From Octopus vulgaris (Eukaryota), in contig OX597824.1 in the NCBI GenBank assembly GCA_951406725.2, positions 27,342,001 through 27,406,000 on the forward strand: a stretch of 64,000 nucleotides of DNA, in the 5' to 3' direction. Made by a program: the position numbers and the translations under genes. Under the pieces are notes generated by a model. The model was given only the letters and a program-made list of their open reading frames with translations, was not told where the DNA came from and did not search any database. Shown one piece after another: positions 25,683 through 38,993 of this stretch (its first letter is position 1; the number at the start of each line of letters is the position of its first letter).

Positions 25683-26884
25683 ATAAACACACACACTCAC
25701 TATCCCTCTCACTGCCTCCCTTTCTCTCTCACTTTCGCTTATCAAATAACTATATCGCCCATATACTCACTGAGTCACTAACTTAATGAATTTCTCTTTC
25801 TCCGTCACTCACACACATCATATACACAAGCACACACTCACACACGTGCGCGCACACACATACACAAATACACACACACATATGTATGTGTGGGTGTGTG
25901 TATCTCAAGTATGTATAAACTATATATATATATACACACACACACATATATATATATTCATATATACAGATACATGCATACATATGTATACTTACATATA
26001 TGTATATATAGATATATACATATGTAAGTAAACACACGCACACATATATATACTTATCCATATATATATATATGTATATAAGTGAATATATATATCCATA
26101 TATATGTATGTATGTATGTGTATATATATGTATGTATATATATATATATATACATATATATTTACATATATATACATATATATATATACATATATATATA
26201 TGCACACACATATTTATACATACATATGCACATATATAAATATGCAAATACTCACACACACACAATGATATATATGTGTGTGTATGCATGCTTATATATA
26301 CACAAATGTATAATGTGTGTATATCTTTGTGCATATTGTTTGCAGGAGTTGTTTGACATCTCACAACAGAAAATAAGGTCAGAGTAATACGATTCACGAC
26401 AATCCTCACGCGAAAGCTGTTGTGTTTAACAATTGAAGATTAAAACACGGCCGTAGCAATACGTGTCCACATTAATGTGTATTATTCACAAGAATATTAC
26501 GCAACTGAATTAGAGGCAAAGACTTCGTTTACAGGACAATGGGAATAGTATTTTATGATCGGTGCCTTGTATTTTGAGTGAAGAGTAAAGTAAAAGAATC
26601 GGACCACATCATTTGCCGGTTAATCAAACGTATGTGTATATTTTGCTTTCTCTCTCTCTTTCTTCTCCCTTGTCTGTCTCCTCCTCTCTCCCTATTTGTG
26701 TGTATATATATATATTTATTATATATATGTGTGTGTGTGTGTGTGTGTCTGTATGTGTGTGTATGAATGTGTGTGCGTGTACGTGTGTTTGTGCGCACAT
26801 ACCTGAGTGCGTGTATGTGTGTGCGTGTGTGTGCATGAGCGGACGTATACACACACACACACAAACACATATATATATATATAT

Positions 26885-26930
<46 letters not shown>

Positions 26931-26934
<4 letters not shown>

Positions 26935-27260
26935 AGATGTACTTGCATAGCAAGTGACCTGATCTGAGATCGTGTGCTGAAACAAAAACAATATGTAAAT
27001 ATATTCTTTTGCTTTTTCATTGTTTTATTCACTTACTTGTAACTGAACCTGGAAGTATGTGGTTGGGAAACAAAGCTTCGTACCAGGGTACTTGCCGTGT
27101 ACACACACAAATATATATAGGGAGATGTACTTGCATAGCAAGTGACCTGATCTGAGATCGTGTGGTGAAACAAAAACAATATGTATATGTATATTCTTTT
27201 GCTTTTTCATTGTTTATTCTTTTACTTGTAACTGAACCTGGAAGTATGTGGTAGGGAAAC
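26931..27260. repeat. ~187-bp tandem duplication starting at a (TA)n-abutting element end
   Basis: AGGGAGATGTACTTGCATAGCAAGTGACCTGATCTGAGATCGTG at 26931 and ~27119; a third fragment at ~10370-10415. Confidence 0.9.
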
Positions 27261-27299
27261 AGATTTCTTACCACACAGCCACGCATGAATACTCCTTCC

Positions 27300-27525
27300 A
27301 GCGCTCTGGATCTCTTCTTGTCAGGTATCCCAGATGAACCAACTTCACGGCAGGAGGTGCAGATGAGGGCAGCTGCATCGAACTCTCTCATGCACCAAAT
27401 GGCAGTTGCTAAAAAGCATTCGTGAAGTAAAACCATGTAGCAACACCAAATGGCGGTGCCCCAGCATGGCCACAGCTCATGAGCTGAAACTAGAATCAAT
27501 TAATCAATCAATCAATCAATCAATC
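27300..27525 (+). mobile_element. 3' end of a CR1-like LINE
   Basis: LDLFLSGIPDEP...RAAASNSLMHQ, stop at 27423-27425, resembles invertebrate CR1-clade ORF2 C-termini; then a short 3' UTR and (TCAA)n tail. Confidence 0.7.
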
Positions 27526-28339
27526 TATTTTTCTTTCTAAAACTACAGCAGAAAGTATTACAAGAAACCTACTGACTTCTGCGGCTTGCGACTACAATTA
27601 AACCTGCAAATCGGTCTCCGTCCTAAATCTTTAAAGATATCCACACAAACGGGATGCATTTGTGGTATTTATGGTTTCAAGTGATGCCGAGGCATACATA
27701 AATAAAGCAGCAATTAAATTCCCATTAAGTCCTCATATCTTTTGTTTCTTTATTCCCCTAGGAGAGTTTGAAACATAAATCTCTCTACGACAACTGGTTA
27801 ATTATTAGTAAATCGCCGACTTGACGTTTATATGCGTGTTATTTCGTTTCGTCATCATTAGCTTATCATTAAGGTATACCATGGGACCTAGATGCCAAGT
27901 GAGAAATAGAGCGTTTATTGAATACTCAGCACATTATTTGCTTGAGTGGTTTAGGAATAAAGGCGGCCGTGGCTGTATGGATTACTTGCTTGATTTGTAA
28001 CCGCATGGTTCGGGGTTCAGTTCCATTGGGCAGCACCATGGACAAGTCTCTTCTTTTACGACAGCGGGCAGGGCGATCAATGCCTTATGCTTTGTGGGTG
28101 AATTTTGGTGAAAGAAACTATATGGAAATCTGTCGTACGTACGTACGTATGTATGTATGTATGTATGTATGTATGTATGTATGTATGTATGTATGTATGC
28201 ATGCATGTATGTATCTATGTATGTATATACGTATATATGTATGAGTGTATGTATGTATGTATGTATGTGTGTATGTATGAGTGTGTGTGTGTGTGTGTGT
28301 ATGTAAGTATGTATGTACATATATATACATTTACACAGA

Positions 28340-29180
28340 CATGCAGGAAGTAAATAGACACGTTTAATTTTCAAAATTTCTGATCTAAGCGTCTTAATAT
28401 GTTTTCAGTGGTGTAGCATTTACAATGTAATTATTCTTTTTCATTCCAGGACTCAAATATTAAACATTTGCGAAGAGTAACCATGCCACGAACAAAAAAT
28501 TCAGCAGAACTGTCAGATTTTCAGAGGTCGTATTGCTGGGCAATCTGCGGCTGACCTTTGCCAGCGAAAAGTTGCCGAAAATCTTCAAATTCCTCTTGCT
28601 ACTGTTAATAGAATTATAGTGCAATTCAAAGGCCAAGGAAAAGAATCGATTCTCGCCCCGGTCGACCTGGGTCCCCGGAAAGGAATCTTTCGATGAAAGA
28701 TACATCGAAATACTTAAGCAAGGCCTACTTCCGATGTATTGACACGATCATATAACGAAAAATGAGTTTTGATTCATGGAAGATGGGGCTCCATGCCACA
28801 CAGCGAAAAGGAATCAACAGTGAACGACTGACTGAAAATGGGACAAAAAAGCTTCCTTGGCCGAGCCAATCTCCTGACATAAACCCAATTGAAATTTTTT
28901 GGTGCATACTAGATAGAACTATTCGAAAAAAACCGACAGAAACCTAAATCTAAAGATGAATTGTTTCGATTGTTGCGTGAAAAGTGTGCAGAAATTCCAC
29001 AAGAGACAATCACATCATAATTTCAAAGCCAAATTGAGTTTCTGAATTAAAACCTGCAAAGGGAATGACAACTAAATACTAAAGTATGTAGTCCTACCTA
29101 TTGATTACATTTCAATTGTTCGCTTTGCATATTAAATAAAAGATTTTGAAAATTATAGGTGTCTATTTACTTCCTGCATA
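28340..29180 (+). mobile_element. Decayed Tc1-like (DD34E) transposon with both TIRs
   Basis: TIRs ATGCAGGAAGTAAATAGACAC / GTGTCTATTTACTTCCTGCAT; peptides MPRTKNSAELSDFQR, FMEDGAPCHTAK, LPWPSQSPDINPIEIFW; frameshifted and deleted. Confidence 0.9.
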
Positions 29181-29516
29181 TGTGGCATGTGTGTGGGTAA
29201 GTGTGTGTGTCTGTGTGTGGTGTATCTGTGCGAGGTGTATCTGTGCGTGTGCCTTTACTCCTGTGTCTGTCGACTTGAATTCTTGACAACCGTTGCTGGT
29301 TTGTTTAGGTCTCTACAACTTAGCAGTTTGGGAAAAGAGAACGATAAAATAAATACTACACTTAAAATAGCAAAAAACGAGAACGATAGAATAAAATACT
29401 GTACTTAAAAATGACAACAACAAAAAAATCATTAGTGTTCCGTTTATTCGACTAAAATACTTCAAGGCGGTAACCGAACTTGGCCGCACTGCAATGCTTG
29501 AAAGAAGTAAAACATA

Positions 29517-29591
<75 letters not shown>

Positions 29592-29749
29592 AATATATAT
29601 ATATAAATACATATATATAAAAGATAAACGATCCATCATCCCTTGATTTATAACAGTGAAATTCGGGACTTTGAATAATGACGTATACCGTACTGGGAAG
29701 CGGATTCTGGAATTTTAAAACTCACGCTCTATTTAAGAAATTATATTCT

Positions 29750-29940
29750 TTTCTACTCTAGGTACAAGGTCTGAAATTTTGGTGGAGGGGGGCTTGTCGA
29801 TTAGATCGACCTCAGTGCTCAACTGGTAGTTAATTTGTCGACCCCGAAAGGATGAAAGACAAAGTCGACCTCGACTCAGACACACGAAATACCGCTAAGC
29901 ATTTCGCTCGGCGTGCTTAACGTTTCTGCCAGTTCACCGC
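29750..29940 (-). mobile_element. SINE family 3
   Basis: GTCGACCCCGAAAGGATGAAAG..AAAGTCGACCTCG..GAAATACCGCTAAGCATTTCGC. Confidence 0.85.
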
Positions 29941-30299
29941 TTTTTAAAGAAATTATATTATGAAAAACAGTACGTCCTCTCATCAGACGGGTTAGTCCAG
30001 AACCATTAGATTATCCTTCTGATCCTCGCAGAAACCAAATGTATCCAATCCAATATATTCTGTCATTTATCTTTTACTTGTTTCAGCCAATTAGATTGTG
30101 GCTATACTGGAGCACCGCCACGAAGAAACTTAGTCGTATGAATCGATCCTAGTACTTACTTTTTTATATATATATAAAAAACCTAATGATTATTGTTGCC
30201 TACACTTTTCCAGGAACACTCAGTTACGGGGACGTAAACACACTAACACCGGATGTCAAGTAATGTTGGGGACAAAGACAGGCACAAACAAAGAACGTT

Positions 30300-31180
30300 G
30301 AGACAAAATGCTTCGCAGCATTTTGTCCAATATGCCAACGATTCTGCCACCTCGCTACCTTAGAAGGGATCTTACATTAAAACTGTTGTAAGTTACCACG
30401 CCGGACAAAATACTTAGCCGTTTTCTACTGGTTATTCACGATGTGAGTTCAGATTCCGCCGAAGTCACCTTTCCATTTCATTCGTTCGGGCTCGATGAAA
30501 TAAGTACCAGCTTTGATTTGGGGTCGATGCATTCCACTTTCCCCCCGGTCCCCTCAAAGGTACTGTCCTTGCGCTAATATTAGAGAACTAATGGCGGCGA
30601 GCTGGCAAAAACGTTAGCACACCGAGCGAAATGCTTAGCGGTATTTCCTCTGCCGTTACGTTCTGAGTTCGAATTCCGCTGAGGTCGACTTTGCCTTTCA
30701 TCCTTTCGGGGTCGATAAATTAAGTAGCAGTTACACACTGAGGTCGATGTAATCGACTTAATACCTTTGTCTGTTCTTGATTGTCCCCTCTATGTTTAAC
30801 CCCTTGTGGTTAATAAAGAAATAGGTATTTCGTCTGCCGTTACGTTCTTAGTTCAAATTCCGTCGAGGTCGACTTTGCCTTTCATCCTTTCGGGGTCGAT
30901 TAAATAAGTACCAGTTACGCACTGGGGTCTATATAATCGACTTAATCCGTTTGTCTGTCCTTGTTTGTCCTCTCTGTATTTAGCACCTTGTGGGTAGTAA
31001 AGAAATAGGTATTTCGTCTGTTTTTTATGTTCTGAGTTCAAATTCAGCCGAGGTTGACTTTGCTTTTTAACATGTCGGGGTTGCTAAATTAAGTACCAGT
31101 TGCGTACTGTTGTCGATCTAATCGACTGCCCTACCCCGCCTCCATAAAATTTTCGGGTCTTGTGCCTAGAGTAGAAATGA
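30300..31180 (+). mobile_element. Cluster of SINE family 3 copies, including one with tandemly repeated ~185-bp body (30592-31180)
   Basis: GGCGGCGAGCTGGCA..GAAATGCTTAGCGGTATTTC..GTTCAAATTCCG..GAGGTCGACTTTGCCTTTCATCCTTTCGGGGTCGAT core occurs three times in 30592-31180. Confidence 0.9.
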
Positions 31181-31770
31181 ATATTAGAGCATTAAAACTA
31201 CTGTACACGGCCCGTTTTGGTCACATCAGCTGTCATCATTTTTAATTCATCACACCCGCCATCACCTTAGTTTTATTAGCGAAAATACGGAAAAAAATAT
31301 AATTTAAAAAAACAACACAAACCAAAACAAACTACTAAAAATAATAAAAATAAACAATAATTAACTATAAAACGACAATAAAAATATAGTCACAAAAATG
31401 ACTTGAAATTTTGAAAAACAAAAAAACGAAGGAACGAAAAGAAAAAGAGCGAAAGATAAGGAAAAAAGATTTTAAAATGAGAACAAAATATTTAGTAATG
31501 AAAGAAAATTTTGAAATTATTGAATCCGACAAATAAACATGACTGCAAGGCGGAGTCGGTTTGCTCGGGGGCAGAATATACAACGTCGAGTTTAGATTAA
31601 CAGCAAAATTGACAATTTTTTTTTTGTATCCTTGTTGTGGGAATGGCAGTGGGAAAGAGGGAGATATTTTCTTAGTGTTCAGTGGAGGTGGTGGGAGGAG
31701 ACGACGTGTAAAAAGTAACAGGCAAACGTTGTTACATCAGTCTGTTGCTGGGTTCTTGGGTATTACCATA

Positions 31771-31808
<38 letters not shown>

Positions 31809-32043
31809 ACTGAATCTATGTGTGTGTAAGGCGTGTGTGTGTTTGTGTTTGTAAAAATTGAAATTTGCATTTTATTTCTTTTACTTCATACTTTCTTCAT
31901 CAACAGAAGCACATGTTACGTAATAGCGTGCACACACAGATACGATTATATTATGCAGATCTGCGTGCATATGCAAATATGCATACATATATATGCATGT
32001 ATATATATATACATATATGTTTATATATATATATATTTATATA

Positions 32044-32099
<56 letters not shown>

Positions 32100-32161
32100 C
32101 ATACTGGCATATGTATGTATGCATATATGCATATGTATGCATATATATATATATATGTATT

Positions 32162-32203
<42 letters not shown>

Positions 32204-32288
32204 AAGAGAGAAAGACAGAGAGATTTATATACATATATGTATAAATGTACATTTACAAGTATGTATGCCTCTATGAATATATATATAC

Positions 32289-32334
<46 letters not shown>

Positions 32335-32639
32335 TTGTCTCTGTGTGTGTGTGTGTGATTGTGTGTGTGCGTAAACATGTATGTATGTACGTTTAAATCG
32401 TGCAGAACATATGGGGTAGGAGGATATTTGTATTCTAATTAAACTGTTGACAGGAAGACCGAATGTAAAATGAATTTTAAGAGCGATAAGAAAAAATTAA
32501 ATATTTTAAATTACATTCAAATATTCAAGTAAAAATAACTCAATGACAAACCGTATTTTAATTCATTAAAAAAGAAATAGCAAACTTCATATATGTGCGT
32601 GTATATATATATACATATGTATATTTACATACATATATG

Positions 32640-32702
<63 letters not shown>

Positions 32703-32805
32703 TTATATATATAATGTGTGTGTGTGTATATATATATTTATATATGTGTGTGTGAGTGTGTCTATATATATATATATGTATGTATCTATCTATATATATA
32801 TATAG

Positions 32806-32861
<56 letters not shown>

Positions 32862-33225
32862 TTTTATGGTTTATTTATTTTGATAAGCGAAGTAGGCGGG
32901 ATGTGAAATTCAAATAAGAAAGAACGACATGAGTGTGTAGGTACATATATATATATATATATATGTATAATGCATGTATGTGGGCATGTGTGTATGTATG
33001 GCATGCATTTGTTTCCATATGTGCATGCACAACATGTCATATGATGAATTTTAATGAAAAAAATTGTAACAAAAAATTTAGTCTTTACAAAAATATATTA
33101 AAAAAATGAAACATTTGATAAGAAAATGTAATTTTAATTTCTGAACACCTCAGTTTTTTTATCTCTCTGTATATATATATATATTTGTGCGTCCGTATAT
33201 ATAGATATATCTATATATACATAAA

Positions 33226-33277
<52 letters not shown>

Positions 33278-34068
33278 ACATATATACATTTATATACATG
33301 TGTACATATATATCTTGATATATATGTTTATATATATATATATATATATATAAATATATATATATATAAATATATATATATATAAATGTATATATGTACT
33401 TAGGTATGTAATTATATATGCTTGCATACGTGCATGCGTGTATGTATATATGTATGTTTGTGTGTATCTATTTTCATATATCTGTGCGTACATTTGTATG
33501 TGTGTGTCTCTTTCAATAGACTGGGGAATATATACGTATGTGTCTGTCTGTCTCTCTTTCCCTACATATATACATACATAGAAACACACACATACACACA
33601 CGCACATAAACATTCACATATGTACATATGCACATGAATCAAAATCTATATTCATACACACATGCGCACACAAACGCATATATACATACATATATACATA
33701 CATACATACATATATATACATATATATATATATATTTATGCCTATATATGTGTATACGTCAGCATGCACGTAGCTATAGTATGTATGTTTAATTGTATAG
33801 ATTAGAATATACCCCTGCGTATGCATATGCATGAGTGTGGGTTTGTGTGTGTTTGTATGTGTGAGTGTATGTAAATGTGTGTATATTTATGCGTCGTATT
33901 TCATAATTGAGTGAGTGCGTGCATGCCCGTTGTGTGTGTTAGACGATATGTGAGTGTCTATCTCGATACGTTTTATGCAAGCTAAAAATTTATGGAAAAT
34001 AAGAAGCATAACATGTGTCTATCAATCACATTTATACACGCGGCGTAATTTGTGTGTTTGCACGTGCA

Positions 34069-34129
<61 letters not shown>

Positions 34130-34397
34130 ATCTGAGATGAGTAGAGGGCGAAAATGAGGGAGAGAAAGAGACAGAGAGACAGAGGGAAAAAAGTTTTTGT
34201 GACTGTAAAACGAGGAAGAATGATAGAAAAGAACACAGATATACCGCAAAAAAAAAGTGCATTGAAAGTGTCATAAATAAGCCTGAACTTTTATCACACA
34301 CACACACCTCTCACACACACACTCACACACACAATCAATCACACATTTATATATGTATTGGTGTGTAATTTTTATATACGTATATGCTTGAATATCA

Positions 34398-34465
<68 letters not shown>

Positions 34466-34466
<1 letters not shown>

Positions 34467-34646
34467 TATTATATAGAAGGAGCTTCTACAGGACTAGTAC
34501 TGTTTCATTCAAGAGAAATCTTCAAGATTTCTCTTGAATGAAACAGTACTAGTCCTGTAAACTCCTTCTATATAATAAATTAATTTTACTCTGCTATGTA
34601 TTGAGTACCTTACTTACTGTGGTTAACCCCGAATCAACCCGGGACC

Positions 34647-34650
<4 letters not shown>
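34466..34650. repeat. Fold-back PLE-like insert in (TA)n with the 3' half of a hammerhead in both arms
   Basis: TACAGGACTAGTACTGTTTCATTCAAGAGAAATCTT-c-AAGATTTCTCTTGAATGAAACAGTACTAGTCCTGTA; GAAAC-AGTACT-AGTC resembles stem III plus GUC. Confidence 0.8.
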
Positions 34651-34732
<82 letters not shown>

Positions 34733-34734
34733 TG

Positions 34735-34771
<37 letters not shown>

Positions 34772-35204
34772 GCATACATATATATATTCATATATATGTA
34801 TGTATGCATATACATACATACACAGACACACAGACACACAGACACAGACACACACACACATACATATATATAAATACATACATATACACTTGTGTGTTTA
34901 TGTGTATGTATTAACTTATATACTTGTATATGTATCAATATATGCATGTATGTATGGACATATATATGTGTGTGTGTGTGTGTGTGGTTTTGTGTATCAA
35001 TGTGTGTCTGAATGTATGTGTACATGTGAGTACATGCATTCGCATTTGTAGTTATACACCATGTTTGTACTTATACACAGAAACACACTCACGCACATAA
35101 AACCACATATACACATGCACACTTATACTCATATACACACTCACTCAGACACACGGATACGACTCAATACGTACTGATAATCTACGTTAATATGTCCTAA
35201 ACTG

Positions 35205-35790
35205 AAGGCAGTGAGCTGGCAGAATCATTAGCACGCCGGGCGAAATGCTTAGCTGTATTTCGTCTGTCATTAGGTTCTGAGTTCAAATTCCGCCGTGGTC
35301 GACTTTGCCTTTCATCCTTTCGGGGTCGATAAATTATGTGCCAATTGTGTACTGAGGTCGATCTTATCGACTGGCCCCCCTCTCCAAAAATTTTGGGCCT
35401 TGTGCCTAGAGTAGAAAAGAATCTTTAGCATGCCGGGCGAAATGCTTAGCGGTATTTTGTCTGTCGCTACGTTTGCCTTTCATCCTTTCGGGATCCTTTC
35501 ATCCTTTCGGGATCGATAAATCAAGTACCAGTGAAACCCTGGGGTCGATGTAATCGACTAGTCTCCTCGCACATTATTTCAAGGAAAGAACCGTGAGCAC
35601 GTCGGACAAAATATTTTGCAGGATCACGCTTGTCTTTACGTTCTGCGTTCTAATTCTGCCGAAGTCGACTTTGCCTTCCATCTTTTCAGTGTCGAGAAAA
35701 TAACTACCAGTTGAGGACTGGGGGTCAATGTAATCGATTTAGCACCACATCACCGAAATTGCTGGCCTTGTCCCAAAATGTGGAGCCAAT
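35205..35790 (+). mobile_element. Three tandem SINE family 3 copies
   Basis: Same family 3 head and core repeated. Confidence 0.85.
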
Positions 35791-36528
35791 ATTTCCTAAA
35801 CTTACCATTACTTGCGAAGGAGTGCGGGGGAAAATAACCAACTTTTGTTTATCACATATTATTCGTTAATTAATTGTTATACCTTCGTCGTCGTCATCAT
35901 CACCATCTCCATCATTATCATCACCACCGTCATCACCATCATTTTCATCGTCATCATCGTTTATATCTTCATTCACCTCCTCTGTGTTATAATCACCCTC
36001 GTTTTACATTTTGGTCTTATTTTATATAAATATATATATATCTTATTATATATATATATATAAGACCATAATGTAAAATAACGATCATATCAAGTGGCCA
36101 GCATGAAAAAAAAAACCTTATAGGTTATTAACAATTATATATATATATATATATAATTTGTTGCCAACTTAATGTAGACGTCCCAGGAAAGGGAAGAATG
36201 CTACTGCTATTTAGCCCCAAGAAACATCTTTCCCAGTTGTCTATGTGACCCAAGCGTTGTTTCCTTAAGTTTTCAAACATGCCGTCCTTAATTATAATCA
36301 AAGGTACCGAAGAGATCATGTCAGAAATAGCAGTCAAAACCTGTCTCTAAAATCACATCATGTTTTCATCAAGTGAAAAGAAACACGAAAAAATATATTA
36401 GCAAAAAATTATTGGATAATCCCAGATCGACGATTTCTGGCTGTATATGTGTGTGTGTGTATGTGTGTATGTATGTATGTATGTATGTATTATGTATGTA
36501 TGTATGTATGTATGTATGTATGTATGTA

Positions 36529-36592
<64 letters not shown>

Positions 36593-36663
36593 CCGGAGTA
36601 AACACATAAATGTGAAACAAGGTGGAAAAAAGAGTACTCAAATACCAGTGGTAGAGTAATATG

Positions 36664-36801
36664 CTTTATTTAAAGCAGCAGAAAATTCAACAAAACCTGT
36701 TACTCTGAGTTTCCCGTTGCCGTTCATCGGACAGTCCGATGAACGGCAACGGGAAACTCAGAGTAACAGGTTTTGTTGAATTTTCTGCTGCTTTAAATAA
36801 A

Positions 36802-36802
<1 letters not shown>
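36664..36802. repeat. Perfect palindrome (69-bp arms, 1-nt spacer at 36733) with a hammerhead-like motif
   Basis: Minus 36697-36734 reads CTGT-CCGATGA-ACGGCAACGG-GAA-ACTCAGAGT-A-ACAG; the element extends left to (TA)n at ~36590. Confidence 0.9.
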
Positions 36803-36880
<78 letters not shown>

Positions 36881-36945
36881 TATATACATATATATACATA
36901 TATATATGGTGGTTGTCTATTCCTATTTCTGCTGCTTTAAATAAA

Positions 36946-37010
<65 letters not shown>

Positions 37011-37059
37011 TATATACATATATATATACATATATATATACATATATATACATATATAT

Positions 37060-37730
37060 ATGGTGGTTGTCTATTCCTTATGCAGAATCGAGTCTGACAA
37101 CCTTAGACCCATCATGGCATCTGATGTATTTTAAACCAGACAATGTATTTAAAAGACACCCATATAGATTGCATATCTGATTTGGACGACCAAGTGGTGC
37201 AGCTAAGTTCTGATCTTTGTGGATCTTAAAATTCTTTTGAGTCTTCCACTAGACCTTATGGCATACACGGCATTGAAAGGTGTGCACAGACATATACGCA
37301 GATTAATTGGTGGAGGTTCATTTTTCACGGGTCTGCAAATGAGATTTGAGCCCAGCAAAAGAGAGGCATGGTCTGCCACAAACTGTGCACACGAATAGTT
37401 CACTGCGATTTACCTTTTCGATCGTAACATTCTTCTTTAAATCTCTCTTGAGTCTTGCATATGTCATCCTGTCCTTCTCAAAAGCTTTCACTTCACACCA
37501 CACTTTTGTTTTCCATCCACTTCGATCCGAAACATGGGTTTTTATAGCCTTTGGCTCCATCGCAAGGGACTTCATAGTAGTCCCTATGTCGTCTTTAAGC
37601 CTCTTTTTAGGTTTACACCGATTGCGTTTCCCCTCTGCAGGCTCGCCATAATACAACTGTTTAGGTTTGCGTTCATCCGCCATTCGAACAATATGGCCAG
37701 ACAATCTCATTATGTTTCTCAGAATCATAC
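37060..37730 (-). mobile_element. RTE-clade LINE 3' fragment
   Basis: RLSGHIVRMADERKPKQLYYGE..GKRNRCKPKKRLKD..DRSGW..FVCTVCGRPCLSFAGLKSH; 3' UTR ends at a (TA)n tract. Confidence 0.9.
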
Positions 37731-38157
37731 CTATGTGTGTGTGGCATTGTGTGTGTTTCTCCCCCAATAAATACTTGACAGCCGGTGTTGGTGCGTTTAT
37801 GTTCCCGTGACCAAGCAGTTACACAAAGTAACCGATGGAATAAATACAAGGCTTAAAAATATAATTGTAGTCGATTCATTCGATTAAAATTCTTTAAGAC
37901 GGTGCCCCAGCATGGCCGGAGTCTAATGACTGAAAAAAGAAAGAGATAAAAGATATTATTTAGCTCTAATATTATATTTAAGGGCAAGGCGAGCAGCTGG
38001 CTGAATTATTATCGTCCATCTCTTCTGTCTTTATGTTCAAATGACGGTGGGGTCGACTTAGCTTTTCATCCTAAACCGTTACACCAGAATTGCTTGCTTT
38101 GTGCTTAAAGCCAGAAACTTCTCAGTACACCCTCGTATACACACACACACACACATG

Positions 38158-38251
<94 letters not shown>

Positions 38252-38253
<2 letters not shown>

Positions 38254-38647
38254 AGCAGTATCGCCCGGCGTTGCTCGGGTTTGTAAGGGAAACTATATAA
38301 GCATTTTTAGAGATGTAAAGTATAATAGTCATCTCAATATGGCTAACCACAAAGGGGGGGGGGGTGTTACTGTAGCTTTTTACGTTCTGAGATTTAATAA
38401 TAAATTTTTAGAGGGTTACTTCCCTTATATATGCCAAAAATGCATTAAAAATGTGAAAAATTGATGGTAAATTTTTTTTAAATCGTAGACTCATCGTAGA
38501 CGCGCGCTAATACCCAGAAGGGCTCGATATGAATCACGACTATAAGATACCCGGTTTTGGTTAAACTGCACCGCAAAATGTGGGAGTAGTTAGGAATCTA
38601 AATCGTAGGAGACAGACAGCACACAACCTCACTTTTATATATAAAGA
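38252..38647 (-). mobile_element. Non-autonomous Helitron
   Basis: Minus strand begins TC(TTTATATATAAAA), ends CCCGAGCAACGCCGGG hairpin + CGATACTG-CTAG; inserted between A and T with no TSD. Confidence 0.85.
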
Positions 38648-38654
38648 TATAAAC

Positions 38655-38929
38655 ATAATCAAATAGGGTAATGAAATAAATTATTATTACCAGTGGCCTA
38701 GCACAAAAGACGAATTAGTCATTAGACTATATATTTTTCGTATAGAAATATGATAAAAGGCTTCCAAATAAGGAAGCGTAGTGCTAGAAACACAAAAAAG
38801 GGGATAAATTCATGAAAGGAATGAAAATTAAAAACATTTACCATCTCAGCTATATCCCAGACCGAACGGTTTCTACCTATTTTTAGCAAACACACGTGTT
38901 TCTAGCACTACACTTCCTTATTTGGAAGC

Positions 38930-38935
<6 letters not shown>
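38655..38935 (-). mobile_element. PLE-like terminus (family of 1688-1978), truncated within the hammerhead, with a short inverted copy
   Basis: Minus strand GGTA-GAA-ACCGTTCGGT-C-TGGGATAT; 38755-38793 is inverted at 38896-38935. Confidence 0.75.

Positions 38936-38993
<58 letters not shown>

Noticed and set aside
30592-31180. CRISPR-like regular repeats
   Set aside because: Eukaryotic SINE body duplications with no unique spacers and no cas genes.
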